NCBI GenBank assembly: GCA_047601445.1
Contig: JASGJH010000001.1
Coordinates: 4,576,001 to 4,640,000, forward strand
Reading direction: 5' to 3'
DNA from: Myxococcales bacterium
Lineage (GTDB): Bacteria; Myxococcota_A; Polyangia; Polyangiales; DASUME01
Length of the DNA stretch: 64,000 nt
Shown here: piece after piece, positions 45,866 to 56,953 of the stretch
Numbering within the stretch: the first letter of the stretch is position 1
Layout of the letters: the number at the start of each line of letters is the position of its first letter
Program-made: the position numbers and the translations under genes
Notes under the pieces: generated by a model
Databases searched by the model: none
What the model was told of the DNA's origin: nothing
What the model saw: only the letters and a program-made list of their open reading frames with translations

Positions 45866-48277
45866 ATGGCCGAGTCCTTTTACGCCCTGTTGTTTCGAGC
45901 ACGCATGTTCGTGCTCGCGAGCCTGGCCGTGCTGAGCGTGGCGATGGGCTTCTGCTGGAGCGCGGTGAAGGTCGAGAGCCGCACCATCGACCTGTTCCCG
46001 GCCACCCATCCCTACGTGGAGACCTTCAAGAAGTACAGTGACGTGTTCGGTGGCGCGAGCCGGGTGGTGATTCAGCTGCAGGTCAAGCAGGGCACCATCT
46101 TCGAACGCGACACGCTGGAGAAGATCCGCCGCATCACCAAGCAAGTGGAGCTCTTGCCGGCCATCAACAACTACCAGGTTCTGTCGATCGCCCAGCGCAA
46201 GGCCAAAGAGCTACAGAACGACTCGAGCGCAGGCTTCCGCGCCGTGCCCGTGATGTGGCCCGAAATCCCCCAAAGCGAAGCGGAGATCGCGAACCTGAAG
46301 CGGCGCATCCTCGCCAACCGCCGGCTTTACGGCACGCTGGTCTCGCTCGACACCAGCGCCACGTTGATCGTGGCCGGCTTCTTCGAGGATAGCCTGGACC
46401 CCAAGCGTCTCTATCAGCGCATCGACCGCATCATCCAGGCCGAGCGCGACGAGAACACCGAGATTCGCGCGATTGGTCGCCCGATGATGGTGGGCTTCAT
46501 CATGACCGAGTCGCCGAGGCTCTTCTTGATCATGGGCGTCACCGTGGCGTCGATGATCCTGTTGCTCGCGGCCTACTTCCGGAATTTGGCGGGGGTGCTG
46601 GTGCCCGTGTGCGCGGCGGGTCTGTCGGCGCTGTGCGGCATGGGGTTCGTGGGACTGGTGAGACACAACTTCGATCCCCTGGTGATGGTGATCCCGTTCA
46701 TCATCACGGCGCGCGCGCTCTCCCACTCGGTACAGATGGTGAACCGCTATCTGCTCGAGACGAGCCAGGGCAAGAACTCCTACGAGGCCGCCTTCGTGTG
46801 CGCCACGGCGCTCTTCAAGCCGGGCACGCTGGCCATCGTGACGGACGTGGTGGGCATTCTGCTCATCTATCTGGCGCCCATCCCGCTGCTGCAGAAGCTC
46901 TCGCTGATGGGGGCGGTGTGGTTCACCTCCATCTTCTTGAGCGGCATGGTGTTGTGCCCGCTGATGCTCTCGCTGTTGCCCGAGCCGAGCCCGCGCACAC
47001 GCAAGCCCAATGCATTCCTGCACGCGCTGTTGACGCGCCTGGGCGGCGTCTGTGTGGGCCCCCAGCGCTACACCGTGTTCGCGTGCTCGCTCTTGGCCAT
47101 GGCCCTGGGCTTCGTGTTCGCCAAGGACCTGGTGATCGGAGACGTGCACCCCGGGACGCCCATGCTGTGGCCCGACTCTCGCTACAACTCGGACACCGAG
47201 CGCATCGCCAGGACCTTCGGGAACACCGAGGAGCTGACGGTCGTGGTGGAGGGCGAGACGCGAGATGCCATCAAGACGCCCGCCGTGCTGCAAGCCATGG
47301 AGGCCTTTCAACGCCACATGGAGGAGCTCCCCGAGGTGGGCGCCACGTCGTCCCTCGCCGATCTGCTCCCGGGTTTGATCTCCATCCTGCACGGCGGCGA
47401 TCCCAAGTGGGAGCTCATCCCCACAGAGAAAGAGCAGAGCGCGTTTTTCCTGGAGATGATGTACAGCTCGGCTGACCCGGGCGACCTCACGCGTTTCGTC
47501 ACGGTCGACAGCAAGAACGCCAACATCGTGCTGTTCCTGCGTGACCACAAGGGCGAGACCCTGCGTCGGGTCGTCGCTCACGCGAAGCAGTTCATCACGC
47601 ACAACCCGGTGCGCGGCGCGGCGTTTCGCCTGGCCGGTGGCTACGGGGGCCTGCTCGCCGCCATCAACGAAGAGGTCACCGAGTTCGACGTGAAGATCAC
47701 CTTGGCCGCCTTCGGCGCCACCCTCGTCTGCTGCTGGTTGGCCTTTCGCTCGCTGTTCGCCAGCGTGTTTTTCCTGCTACCGCTGATCGGCTCCAACTAC
47801 ATGACCTACGCCCTGATGGGCGCGCGCGGCATCGGCCTCGACGTCAACGCGCTGCCCGTGGTGGCGCTGGGCGTGGGGCTCGGCGTCGACTACGGGCTGT
47901 ACGTGGTGGAGGCCGTACAGGAACACTACGACCGCGGATTGACGGTGAACGAGGCGGTGCTGCGGGGCATTCAGGATGCCGGTCAGGGCGTGCTGCTCAC
48001 GGGCCTCACCATGGCCTGCGGGCTCGCCTTCTGGGCCTTCTCGTTCCTGCGCTTTCAGGCGGATATGGGACTGCTGCTGTTGTTCTGGATGACCATGAGC
48101 ATGCTCGGTGGGCTCGTGCTCTTGCCCGCCGTGCTGGCGGCGCTCAAGCCGCGCTTCGTGTTCGGCGCGGCGCCACGCACTAGCCTCCCCGTGAGCGGCG
48201 ATACTCCGCGGGACTCTGGCCAGACCAGCGTCGAAACGCCCGCGAGAACGCAGCCGTCTCCGAGTAACCAAGCATGA
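45866..48277 (+). CDS. MMPL/RND-family membrane transporter
   Basis: Duplicated 1+5 TM topology; ARALSHSVQ and GLGVDYGLY motifs; FQADMGLLL. Confidence 0.92.
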   Translation: MAESFYALLFRARMFVLASLAVLSVAMGFCWSAVKVESRTIDLFPATHPYVETFKKYSDVFGGASRVVIQLQVKQGTIFERDTLEKIRRITKQVELLPAINNYQVLSIAQRKAKELQNDSSAGFRAVPVMWPEIPQSEAEIANLKRRILANRRLYGTLVSLDTSATLIVAGFFEDSLDPKRLYQRIDRIIQAERDENTEIRAIGRPMMVGFIMTESPRLFLIMGVTVASMILLLAAYFRNLAGVLVPVCAAGLSALCGMGFVGLVRHNFDPLVMVIPFIITARALSHSVQMVNRYLLETSQGKNSYEAAFVCATALFKPGTLAIVTDVVGILLIYLAPIPLLQKLSLMGAVWFTSIFLSGMVLCPLMLSLLPEPSPRTRKPNAFLHALLTRLGGVCVGPQRYTVFACSLLAMALGFVFAKDLVIGDVHPGTPMLWPDSRYNSDTERIARTFGNTEELTVVVEGETRDAIKTPAVLQAMEAFQRHMEELPEVGATSSLADLLPGLISILHGGDPKWELIPTEKEQSAFFLEMMYSSADPGDLTRFVTVDSKNANIVLFLRDHKGETLRRVVAHAKQFITHNPVRGAAFRLAGGYGGLLAAINEEVTEFDVKITLAAFGATLVCCWLAFRSLFASVFFLLPLIGSNYMTYALMGARGIGLDVNALPVVALGVGLGVDYGLYVVEAVQEHYDRGLTVNEAVLRGIQDAGQGVLLTGLTMACGLAFWAFSFLRFQADMGLLLLFWMTMSMLGGLVLLPAVLAALKPRFVFGAAPRTSLPVSGDTPRDSGQTSVETPARTQPSPSNQA

Positions 48278-49187
48278 ACGCGATCTGCTGAATGTCGGCG
48301 GACTTGCTCGACAGGTACTGATAAGCGAGCTCGCGGCGCGCCTGCTCGAGCAGATCCTTGTAGGTCACGCCCTCGCGCTCGAGGTGCCGTGTCAGCGTGC
48401 GTCGGCTCATGCCGAGTCGGGTCGCCACGTAATCGGCGTTCGTTTTGCCGGCGGGCAATAGGTTGAGCAACAGCTGGCGCACTTTGCCGGTGAGCCAGTC
48501 CGGCTCTGGGAGCTCGGAGATGAGATGCTCCGCGTGGCGACGCAGGACCGCGTTGAGCTTGGGGTCGGCGGACTTCATGGGCACTTCGAGCAGGGCGCTG
48601 TCGAAGGACACCGCGTCTTGAGCGGCCCCGAAGTGGATGGGCGCGTCGCCGAAGATGCGGCGGTACACGCCGAGCTCCCTGGGCTCTGCGTGAGTCAGCC
48701 AGATCTCGAAGGTGTCGAGGGAGCCGATCCAGGCGCGCGCGGCCACGCTCACGGTGGCTGCTTGAAAGTCGGAGGCTGCACGGTTGAGCGGCACGCGCGA
48801 GCGCAACTCCACGAAGGCGCGCCGCTCGCGGACTTGGAGCGAGAAGTCCGCCGCCTCGTTGACGAGCCGGATGTACCGCAGCATCAACTCGAGCGCCTCG
48901 CCCCAGTTGGAAGCCGAGCGCCCAGCGTATTCGATGACGTCGTAGCCGCCGCGCTCCACGCGCAGGACGGCCTTGAGGCCGAGATCAGGATCGCCCGACA
49001 CCTGCACGGCCGAGTCGAGCCAACGCAGGAGTCGACTCACCGGCAAGCGATCGTCGGGCGCCATCGCCGAGAGCTTGGCGATCAGGCCCTCGGAGATGCC
49101 CTTTTGTCCGCTCACGACCTTGAGGAACGGAAGCACGAGCCGCAGCGAAAAGCAGGGTTCGAGCGTCGGGTAGGAGGTCACGGGCAA
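48180..49187 (-). CDS. AraC-family transcriptional regulator
   Basis: GDPDLGL N-terminal ligand domain; VATRLGMSRRTLTRHL and IAFMLGYSETAAFSRAFRRW HTH motifs. Confidence 0.95.
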   Translation of the reverse strand: MPVTSYPTLEPCFSLRLVLPFLKVVSGQKGISEGLIAKLSAMAPDDRLPVSRLLRWLDSAVQVSGDPDLGLKAVLRVERGGYDVIEYAGRSASNWGEALELMLRYIRLVNEAADFSLQVRERRAFVELRSRVPLNRAASDFQAATVSVAARAWIGSLDTFEIWLTHAEPRELGVYRRIFGDAPIHFGAAQDAVSFDSALLEVPMKSADPKLNAVLRRHAEHLISELPEPDWLTGKVRQLLLNLLPAGKTNADYVATRLGMSRRTLTRHLEREGVTYKDLLEQARRELAYQYLSSKSADIQQIAFMLGYSETAAFSRAFRRWSGQSPAEYRRSRGG

Positions 49188-49415
49188 GCAGAATAGCTCG
49201 ATTCGAGGTCGTCCCGAAATGGGGTCTCGGGCAGTCTACCGCTTCCCACGGGGCTGGCCAGACTCCGTTCCGAGTCTTCTGGATCGGCCTTTTTTCACGA
49301 GTCGGGCGCGTGCCTGCGCGCAGCTTCGAGTTGCACGGGCGGCAGCTCGTTCCTCGAGCGCATCAAGCACCGGGCGGCGTGCGTCGTCGTCCCCGCAGAG
49401 AGGTCTTTTCCGAAG

Positions 49416-49858
49416 ATGAATCCCGACCTGCGTCTTTGCTTCGCGCGCGCACTGGAGTGCGTGCCTGCTTCGTCGGCTCGTGGGAGGTCCGGTGTCCGGG
49501 GGCTGACTCCGTGGTTGCTGGCGTTCAGCACATCGCTCGCGTCCAGCTCGGCGTTCGCACGACAGCCGGTGTCAGCAGAGCCCACGGCCAACGACGCCCC
49601 AGCGGAGACTAACGTCCCGACCCCAGCGGCCCCGCCTCCTCCTCAACTTCGGGCATCCGGCAACGCCACCGGTCCTGCCCTGCTCTCGCACAGCTCGACA
49701 CCAATGGGCAGGACGCGGGTGGCCACTTGTCCGCAAAGCTCACGCTGGGCAACCACGCGTTCACGGCCACGGGCGGCTTCGCCGCCGTGTTGCGTCCGTC
49801 GCACGTGGTCCCCGGCTACTCCGCCGCGGTCCAGTTCGGCTCCATGTACCAGTTCTGA
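49416..49858 (+). pseudogene. Frameshifted or truncated exported beta-strand protein (outer-membrane protein remnant)
   Basis: Frame 1 gives a signal peptide (SAFA) and Pro-rich linker. A second frame, open only 49613-49858, gives amphipathic strands ending GSMYQF-stop. Confidence 0.5.
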
Positions 49859-49883
49859 GCAAGGGCACGCAGGCCCCCCGGGC

Positions 49884-50762
49884 TCAGAACAGGATCAGGG
49901 CGGGCAGGCGGAAGATCAGGAATGCGTGCGTGCGGTTTCCGTCATTGTTGGTGAACGCGGAGCGACCGTCCGCTGGATCGAACCACATCCAGCGCGCAGC
50001 GGCGTCGATGCCCGGCACCCCGGCGTCGTCCACCTGACACACGATGGGGAACTCCCCGCTCGCGTCGTCGTTGGCCTCGCCCTGGGCAAGCTTGCCGATG
50101 GCCCCCGACGTGGCGGCACCCGAGACATCCACCCAGCCCTTGCTGAAGGTGGCCCCAGCGGCGCCCGCGTTGCAGGCCTTCAAGTACTCATTGACGGTGG
50201 CCTGATCCGGACCCGGCGTGCTGTTTGGATCGTACTCCTTGCCGGTGGCGCACACCTGCCAGGCTTCATCGCCGCTGTAGATGGTGCCGCCGTGGTCGCG
50301 CTTGAACTGCGCCAGCGTGCCTTGCGTATAGTCGCGGTCGGCCCAGGCGACGATGTAGAGGTAGGCGTCCTCGGGCGCATCAGCGCCGGGCACCACGAAG
50401 GTCTGCGGACCGTAGCCCACGGGGCAATCGAAGATCATGCCGGCGCCGGAGGCGACCCCGGGTACGAAGGTGTAGATGCCGCCTTCGTCGCCGTAGCCGA
50501 AGCTGAAGGCGTTGTCTGAAGTGATGGCGACCTGCACGTCGCCGGGGACGACGGGTTCGGCCGCGCTGGCGTCTTGCTCGTCGGAGTCGGAGCCCGCATC
50601 GAAGCCGTCGTCGGTCTCGGGCTGGGCAGGTGCATTGGCGTCCGCGCTCGAGCCGTCATCAGAGGTGGCCGGCGAGCGCTGAGCTTGGGTCGCTTCGTCG
50701 GAGGGAGAGGCGCATGCCACGAGCAGCGCACACGCCGAGAAGGAAAGGATGGACTTACGCAT
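49884..50762 (-). CDS. Lipoprotein of unknown function
   Basis: MRKSILSFSACALLVAC lipobox, acidic linker, then a globular domain (ITSDNAFSFGYG, YLYIVAW, ARWMW). Confidence 0.75.
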   Translation of the reverse strand: MRKSILSFSACALLVACASPSDEATQAQRSPATSDDGSSADANAPAQPETDDGFDAGSDSDEQDASAAEPVVPGDVQVAITSDNAFSFGYGDEGGIYTFVPGVASGAGMIFDCPVGYGPQTFVVPGADAPEDAYLYIVAWADRDYTQGTLAQFKRDHGGTIYSGDEAWQVCATGKEYDPNSTPGPDQATVNEYLKACNAGAAGATFSKGWVDVSGAATSGAIGKLAQGEANDDASGEFPIVCQVDDAGVPGIDAAARWMWFDPADGRSAFTNNDGNRTHAFLIFRLPALILF

Positions 50763-50966
50763 GCGCGGCATGGAGCCACAGCCGCGCCGCGACCCGCAAC
50801 GACGTGTGAGCCTCACAGCGGGGCACACTCCCACCGCATGCGGACCCCTTCTCCGACCCATCGAGGGCGTTTTGCGCGAGCAGCCCCGTGCGCAGGCGGG
50901 CGAACGCGGGCGAAAACTCACTCGGCTGCGTTAGCAGGACCTCGAGCTTCGCAGCGCGCTTTTCCT

Positions 50967-52898
50967 TCAAGCTAGAGCGTCTCGAATGGCCGCCGCGAGC
51001 TCACCGCGTCGATACGGCTTCTTGAGGAAGCTCTTCACGCCCTTCTCGTTGAGCTCCACCATCACCGACTCCTTGGTGAAGCCGGAGCACATCACCACGC
51101 GCACCCTGGGATTGAAGGCTCGAATGGCCTCGAAGCAGGCGCGACCTCCCATGCGCGGCATCACCACGTCGAGCAGCACCGCGGCGATGCGCTCGCCCTC
51201 CTTGCGGTAGATCTCCAGCGCCTCCAGGCCATCGCGGGCCGTGAGCACCTGGTAGCCGAGCTCCTCCAACATCAGCCCGGCAGTCATGCGGATGACCTCC
51301 TCGTCGTCCACCACCAGCACGGTGCCCGTCCCGCGCGGGGCATCGTCCGCCGGCAAGCGCGCGCGTTCGGCCCCCTTGCCGTGCGCGGGGAACAGCAAAT
51401 GGAAGACGGTACCTTCGCCCGGTTCGCTGTAGACCTGGATCGACCCCTGATGCTCGAGCACGGTGCCATACACGGCGGAGAGACCGAGTCCCGTGCCTTC
51501 ACCGATGGGCTTGGTGGTGTAGAACGGCTCGAAGATGTGCTCCTGCTGGCCCGGATCGATGCCCACGCCAGTGTCGCTGACGCTGATCTGCACGTACTCG
51601 CCGGGCTGGATCTCGAAGGCGCTGGTGGAGCAGTAGGCCTGGTCGAGCAGGCGGTTCTCGGTGCGAATGGTGAGCACGCCGCCGCGGGGCATGGCGTCGC
51701 GAGCGTTCAGGGCGAGGTTGAGCAGCGCCGTTTGCAGCTCGCTCGGATCGCCGCGCAAAAGCGAGTGTTCGGCCAGGCGCTCGATCACGATCTCCACGCT
51801 GCGATCGATGGACCTGCGGGCGATAGCGACCACGTCGTCGATGGCTTCGTGGATGTCGACCTCGCGCAGCTGCAGCTTGCCGCGCCGTGAAAACGCGAGG
51901 AGCTTGCTGGTGAGCTCCGTGGCGCGCTCCGAGGTCCGCAAGATGAGGCTCGCGAAGTTACGCTGCGTAGGCTGCTTGGCGAGATCCCGCTGGAGGAGCT
52001 CGGCGGCGCCGATGATGCCGCCCAACATGTTGTTGAAGTCGTGGGCGATGCCGCCCGCAAGCTGGCCGATGGAGTCCATCTTTTGCGCGTGGCGCAGCCG
52101 GTCCTCCACCTGCTTCTCGAGGGTGACGTCGCGGATCACCAGCACCACCCCGTGGAACGTGCCCTCGCGGTCCAAAATGGGCGAGGCGGTCTCGACGATG
52201 TTGCTAGCCTCGTCCTCGTGGCGGCGCAGGAGGAGATCGCGCGAATTGCGGGCGTTGCGCGAGGCGAGCAGCTCACTGAGGTCGCGATATTGCTCGGAGC
52301 CGTCACTACGCCAGGCTCGATAAACGCGGTTGAGCGGCAGGCCCACCGCGGTCTCCAGGGAGAATCCCGTGAGCGCCGCGGCTACCGGGTTCATGCGCGC
52401 CACGCGCCCCTCGGCGTCGGTGGCGATCACGCCCTCGGCAATGGAATCGAGGATGGTGCGCAGCTTGAACTCGTGATCCGCCAGTGTGAGCTCTGCTTGC
52501 TTGCGCGACGTGATGTCCTCGAAGGTGCCGAGGATGCCCACGACCTCACCGCTCTCGTCGAGCAAGGGCACCTTGTTGGTCTCGAGCCAGATCTGCTTCC
52601 CGTCGGCCTGCCGTAGCGGCTCGATGATGTGGTACTCCGGCTTGCCCGACTCCATCACACGCTGATCGACGGCCCGGAAGAACTCCGCCTCTTCCCGCTT
52701 CCAGGCCAGGTCGAAGTCCGTCTTGCCGACGATGTTTTCGGGCTCTCCGACGCCCGCGGCGCGCGCGAAGTTGCGGTTGCAACCGAGGAAAACCGACTGC
52801 CGGTCCTTCCAGAAGATGAACTGCGGAATGTTGTCCATCACGAGCTGCAGGAGCTCGACTGGATAGGCGTCTGGACGGATGGGTTTGCGGAGGACCAT
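50967..52898 (-). CDS. Cytoplasmic PAS-PAS hybrid histidine kinase
   Basis: Two PAS domains; GIAHDFNN (H-box), NARDAM, DTGVG, GTGLGL; C-terminal REC. Confidence 0.95.
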   Translation of the reverse strand: MVLRKPIRPDAYPVELLQLVMDNIPQFIFWKDRQSVFLGCNRNFARAAGVGEPENIVGKTDFDLAWKREEAEFFRAVDQRVMESGKPEYHIIEPLRQADGKQIWLETNKVPLLDESGEVVGILGTFEDITSRKQAELTLADHEFKLRTILDSIAEGVIATDAEGRVARMNPVAAALTGFSLETAVGLPLNRVYRAWRSDGSEQYRDLSELLASRNARNSRDLLLRRHEDEASNIVETASPILDREGTFHGVVLVIRDVTLEKQVEDRLRHAQKMDSIGQLAGGIAHDFNNMLGGIIGAAELLQRDLAKQPTQRNFASLILRTSERATELTSKLLAFSRRGKLQLREVDIHEAIDDVVAIARRSIDRSVEIVIERLAEHSLLRGDPSELQTALLNLALNARDAMPRGGVLTIRTENRLLDQAYCSTSAFEIQPGEYVQISVSDTGVGIDPGQQEHIFEPFYTTKPIGEGTGLGLSAVYGTVLEHQGSIQVYSEPGEGTVFHLLFPAHGKGAERARLPADDAPRGTGTVLVVDDEEVIRMTAGLMLEELGYQVLTARDGLEALEIYRKEGERIAAVLLDVVMPRMGGRACFEAIRAFNPRVRVVMCSGFTKESVMVELNEKGVKSFLKKPYRRGELAAAIRDALA

Positions 52899-53088
52899 GA
52901 GGTGATTTGGGTGCGAGAAAACTACCACGTAGTGCGTGGACCCGCCCTGCTTGGGTCGACCTACTTCGGGCAGACACGAGGGGCTCCAGACGGTGGAAAC
53001 CGGTGTGCCAGGGCACCTAACGACTGGATTCCCGTATCTGAATACCCCATCTTAGGTCGATGATCGATGGGATGAGGCTCGGCGACGG

Positions 53089-54963
53089 ATGAAGACAGTA
53101 GCCCTGCCGGCGGCCATCATGGCTGGCGTCACGTTTTACGCGGCCGTTTACCATACCTTACTGCACGTACGGACCGGACGGCGGACTCGGTTGGACGCCC
53201 AGTTCGGTTTGCTGGCCTTCGGCATCGCCCTTTACGCGATGTTCAGCTCGCTCCTCTACATGAGCGGCAACGTGGATGAGGGCGCCGGTTGGCAACGCCT
53301 GCAGCAGGCGACCTTGAGCGCGCTGGTCCCCGTGTTCCTGTACTTCGTGGACTCTGTGGGCGAGGTGTCCGGGCCTCGGCTCATGCGTCGCGCGAGCTGG
53401 CTCTACTGCGGGATGAGCGTGGTGGTGCTGGTCGAACACCAGAACTGGTTGCTCACCGGCGAGCCCAGCATCAAGCGCATCCGCCTCCCCTGGTTCGGCG
53501 AGGTCGTCTACTACGAACAGGCGATGGGGCCGCTCTACTACGTGATCTGTTCGGCCCTGCCCCTGGTGCTGGTGTACACGCTGGTGGTCGCCGCGCGCGC
53601 GCGCCGGCTCGGCTCGACGAGTCGAGCCAAGGGACTCCTGGTGGGCGTGGCGGCCTTCTCGGTGGGCATTGCCAACGACAGCCTCCTGGCTGCAGGCGCT
53701 CTGCATTCGGTCTACATGATCGAGTACGCCTTCACGTCGATCCTCCTGTTGGTGAGCTACGGGCTCTCGGCGGAGGTGGTGGCCGCGGCGCGCCATACGC
53801 AGGCCGTGGCAGAGCGCGAGATGGCGCAGGCCGACGCGCGACGCCTGGAGTCCATCGGACGCCTGGCGGGAGGCGTGGCCCACGACCTCAACAACATGCT
53901 AACGCCGGTGGTGAGCTACCTCGAGCTCGCCCTTCGGCGCATCGCGCCCACCGCACCCGAGCACCACTACGTGCTCTCCGCCTCGGACGCGGCCGCACGG
54001 GCAGCAGCCCTGGCGCAGCAATTGTTGGCACTGGGTCGCAAGCAGGTGCTCGATGTGCGCCCCCTGGACCTCGGGGCAGGCCTCAAGGCGTTGGCTCCGT
54101 TGATGCAGCACCTGTTTTCGAAACAAGTAAAGCTGGAGATCGAGGTGCCGGGAGAGGCGCCGCTGATCGACGCGGATTCGAGCCAGCTCGACCAGGTCTG
54201 GATGAACCTGGCGGCCAATGCGCGCGACGCCATGCCGCAGGGAGGACGGTTCTCGTTTCGCGTGGAGGCTGCCGAGAACGGCGTGGCCGTGAGTGTTCGC
54301 GACACCGGCAACGGGATGAACCCCGAGACGGCCGAGCACATCTTCGAGCCCTTCTTCACCACCAAGCCGCGTGGCAAGGGCACCGGCCTCGGGCTCTCCA
54401 TCGTGCGCGGCATCGTGGAGCAGCACGAAGGGACGATCGACGTCCAGACGACCCCGGGCGTGGGGACCACGTTTCGCCTCTGGTTTCCGGCTTCGACGCG
54501 GTCGGTCGCACGCGCAGCGACACCCTCCCTGAGCCCCGCGGCCGCCAGCGGCCGACGCAGTGTGCTCGTGGTGGACGACGACGAGGCCATCCGAACGCTG
54601 GTGATCACCTTGCTCGAAGACGCGGGCTATCGCGTCGAAGGCGCGGCCTCGGCCCACGAAGTCGAGAGCTATTTGGAGCGCCACAACTCGCTCGACCTTC
54701 TGCTGTCCGACGTGATCCTCCCAGACACGGACGGGCCGCATATCAAGCAGCTCGTGGAAGCCCGCTTCCCACGCGTGCCCTGCCTGTTCATGACGGGGCA
54801 CGCCGATGGCTTGCTGGCACACCGTGGGATCACGGACTGGGACGTGGAGATCTTGCGCAAGCCCTTTACGGGGGATCAGCTCGTACGAAAGATCGAGGAC
54901 GTGCTGCAGCGCCGCGCGGGGCGACCCGTGGAGTGGGAGGGCGGGGATCAATCGGTGGCCTAG
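53089..54963 (+). CDS. Hybrid histidine kinase with a multi-TM (7TM-type) sensor
   Basis: About 7 TM segments; GVAHDLNN, NARDAM, GTGLGL; REC VLVVDDD/SDVILP/KPF. Confidence 0.93.
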   Translation: MKTVALPAAIMAGVTFYAAVYHTLLHVRTGRRTRLDAQFGLLAFGIALYAMFSSLLYMSGNVDEGAGWQRLQQATLSALVPVFLYFVDSVGEVSGPRLMRRASWLYCGMSVVVLVEHQNWLLTGEPSIKRIRLPWFGEVVYYEQAMGPLYYVICSALPLVLVYTLVVAARARRLGSTSRAKGLLVGVAAFSVGIANDSLLAAGALHSVYMIEYAFTSILLLVSYGLSAEVVAAARHTQAVAEREMAQADARRLESIGRLAGGVAHDLNNMLTPVVSYLELALRRIAPTAPEHHYVLSASDAAARAAALAQQLLALGRKQVLDVRPLDLGAGLKALAPLMQHLFSKQVKLEIEVPGEAPLIDADSSQLDQVWMNLAANARDAMPQGGRFSFRVEAAENGVAVSVRDTGNGMNPETAEHIFEPFFTTKPRGKGTGLGLSIVRGIVEQHEGTIDVQTTPGVGTTFRLWFPASTRSVARAATPSLSPAAASGRRSVLVVDDDEAIRTLVITLLEDAGYRVEGAASAHEVESYLERHNSLDLLLSDVILPDTDGPHIKQLVEARFPRVPCLFMTGHADGLLAHRGITDWDVEILRKPFTGDQLVRKIEDVLQRRAGRPVEWEGGDQSVA

Positions 54964-55114
54964 CGGGTCGCGGACGAAGTCAGCACCCCGCTCCCGTGCC
55001 AGCCTTGCACCAGCAGTTGAACCGTCGCGATACAGCCTTTCCCCCAACAACGCGATGACCGAGTGACTCACGTGGGCGTCGCGCTGAATCAGGTCGGCTC
55101 ACGGCTCGTGACGC

Positions 55115-55564
55115 TCACCTGCTGCGTGCGTTGGGGGGACGCTGGCCGAGACCGAGCCGTGTTCGGGGAGCGCGCGAACTACGCGTCCTCGCAACCTTCG
55201 GGTCCTTCGGACGCGAGGGCTGAGACCGAGCCTGGCGCGCCAAGTTGGCTCCCGCGAGCGCCCCGGCGAAGGTGCTCATCGCGATCAAGCTGACCAGCCC
55301 CGTCCCCCAGCCTGCGTAAGGAAGCAGGAAAGGAGCGAACTGCACCAACTTGACGAGCAACGCCCCGCCGCCGACGAGGACGGCCAGCGCGCATGGAACA
55401 GCGGCGCGCAGCGCCTTGCGCGTCGACCCGAGCCGCAAGCCCGCCACGAATCCGCCGATGAACGTGTTCACCGGAGGAATCCAGGCGAGAGCGAACGAAA
55501 TCAAGAGCACGCACAGCGACCCCAGCAGGACGCTGAAGCGGCGTTCGCTGGAGGTATCGACCAC
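55115..55564 (-). CDS. Small integral membrane protein
   Basis: About 4 hydrophobic helices (WIPPVNTFIGGFVAG...GALAGA). Start uncertain (GTG 55564 chosen). Confidence 0.55.
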   Translation of the reverse strand: MVDTSSERRFSVLLGSLCVLLISFALAWIPPVNTFIGGFVAGLRLGSTRKALRAAVPCALAVLVGGGALLVKLVQFAPFLLPYAGWGTGLVSLIAMSTFAGALAGANLARQARSQPSRPKDPKVARTRSSRAPRTRLGLGQRPPNARSR

Positions 55565-55875
55565 GCGCAATTCGGCTCTGAGCCGGCCCCAGCGAAACGC
55601 TCGAGCTGCATTGCCCCCCGTGACGAGGAACAGCTCGGTTCCCGTGGAAGTTCGACGACTGGATCCTCTGAGTGAATGCCCTGGCTTCGGCATGGCTCGC
55701 TCCCGTGGACGGTTCCTGCAAGTTGGAGCTCGCAATGTCGATGCCGATTCCCAAAGGCATTCACGTCGACCGTACGAGCGCGTTCCTTGCCAACACTGAG
55801 ACTGGGCGTCCCGTGAGCGGAGCTAGCCGAGCACGTCGTTCCGCTCCGACCGAGCCTGCGCGGATGGATCTACGA

Positions 55876-56889
<1,014 letters not shown>

Positions 56890-56953
56890 GTTCTCTGTCT
56901 CTCTTTCTGTTCCTCAGGTTCGGTCGAACCTGCGAGTCCTGCGCACGAGGCGC

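Noticed and set aside
56890..56953. LexA box upstream of recA
   Set aside because: GTTC/GAAC half-sites are present, but their spacing does not match the SOS-box consensuses I know. Kept only as an unexplained palindrome.
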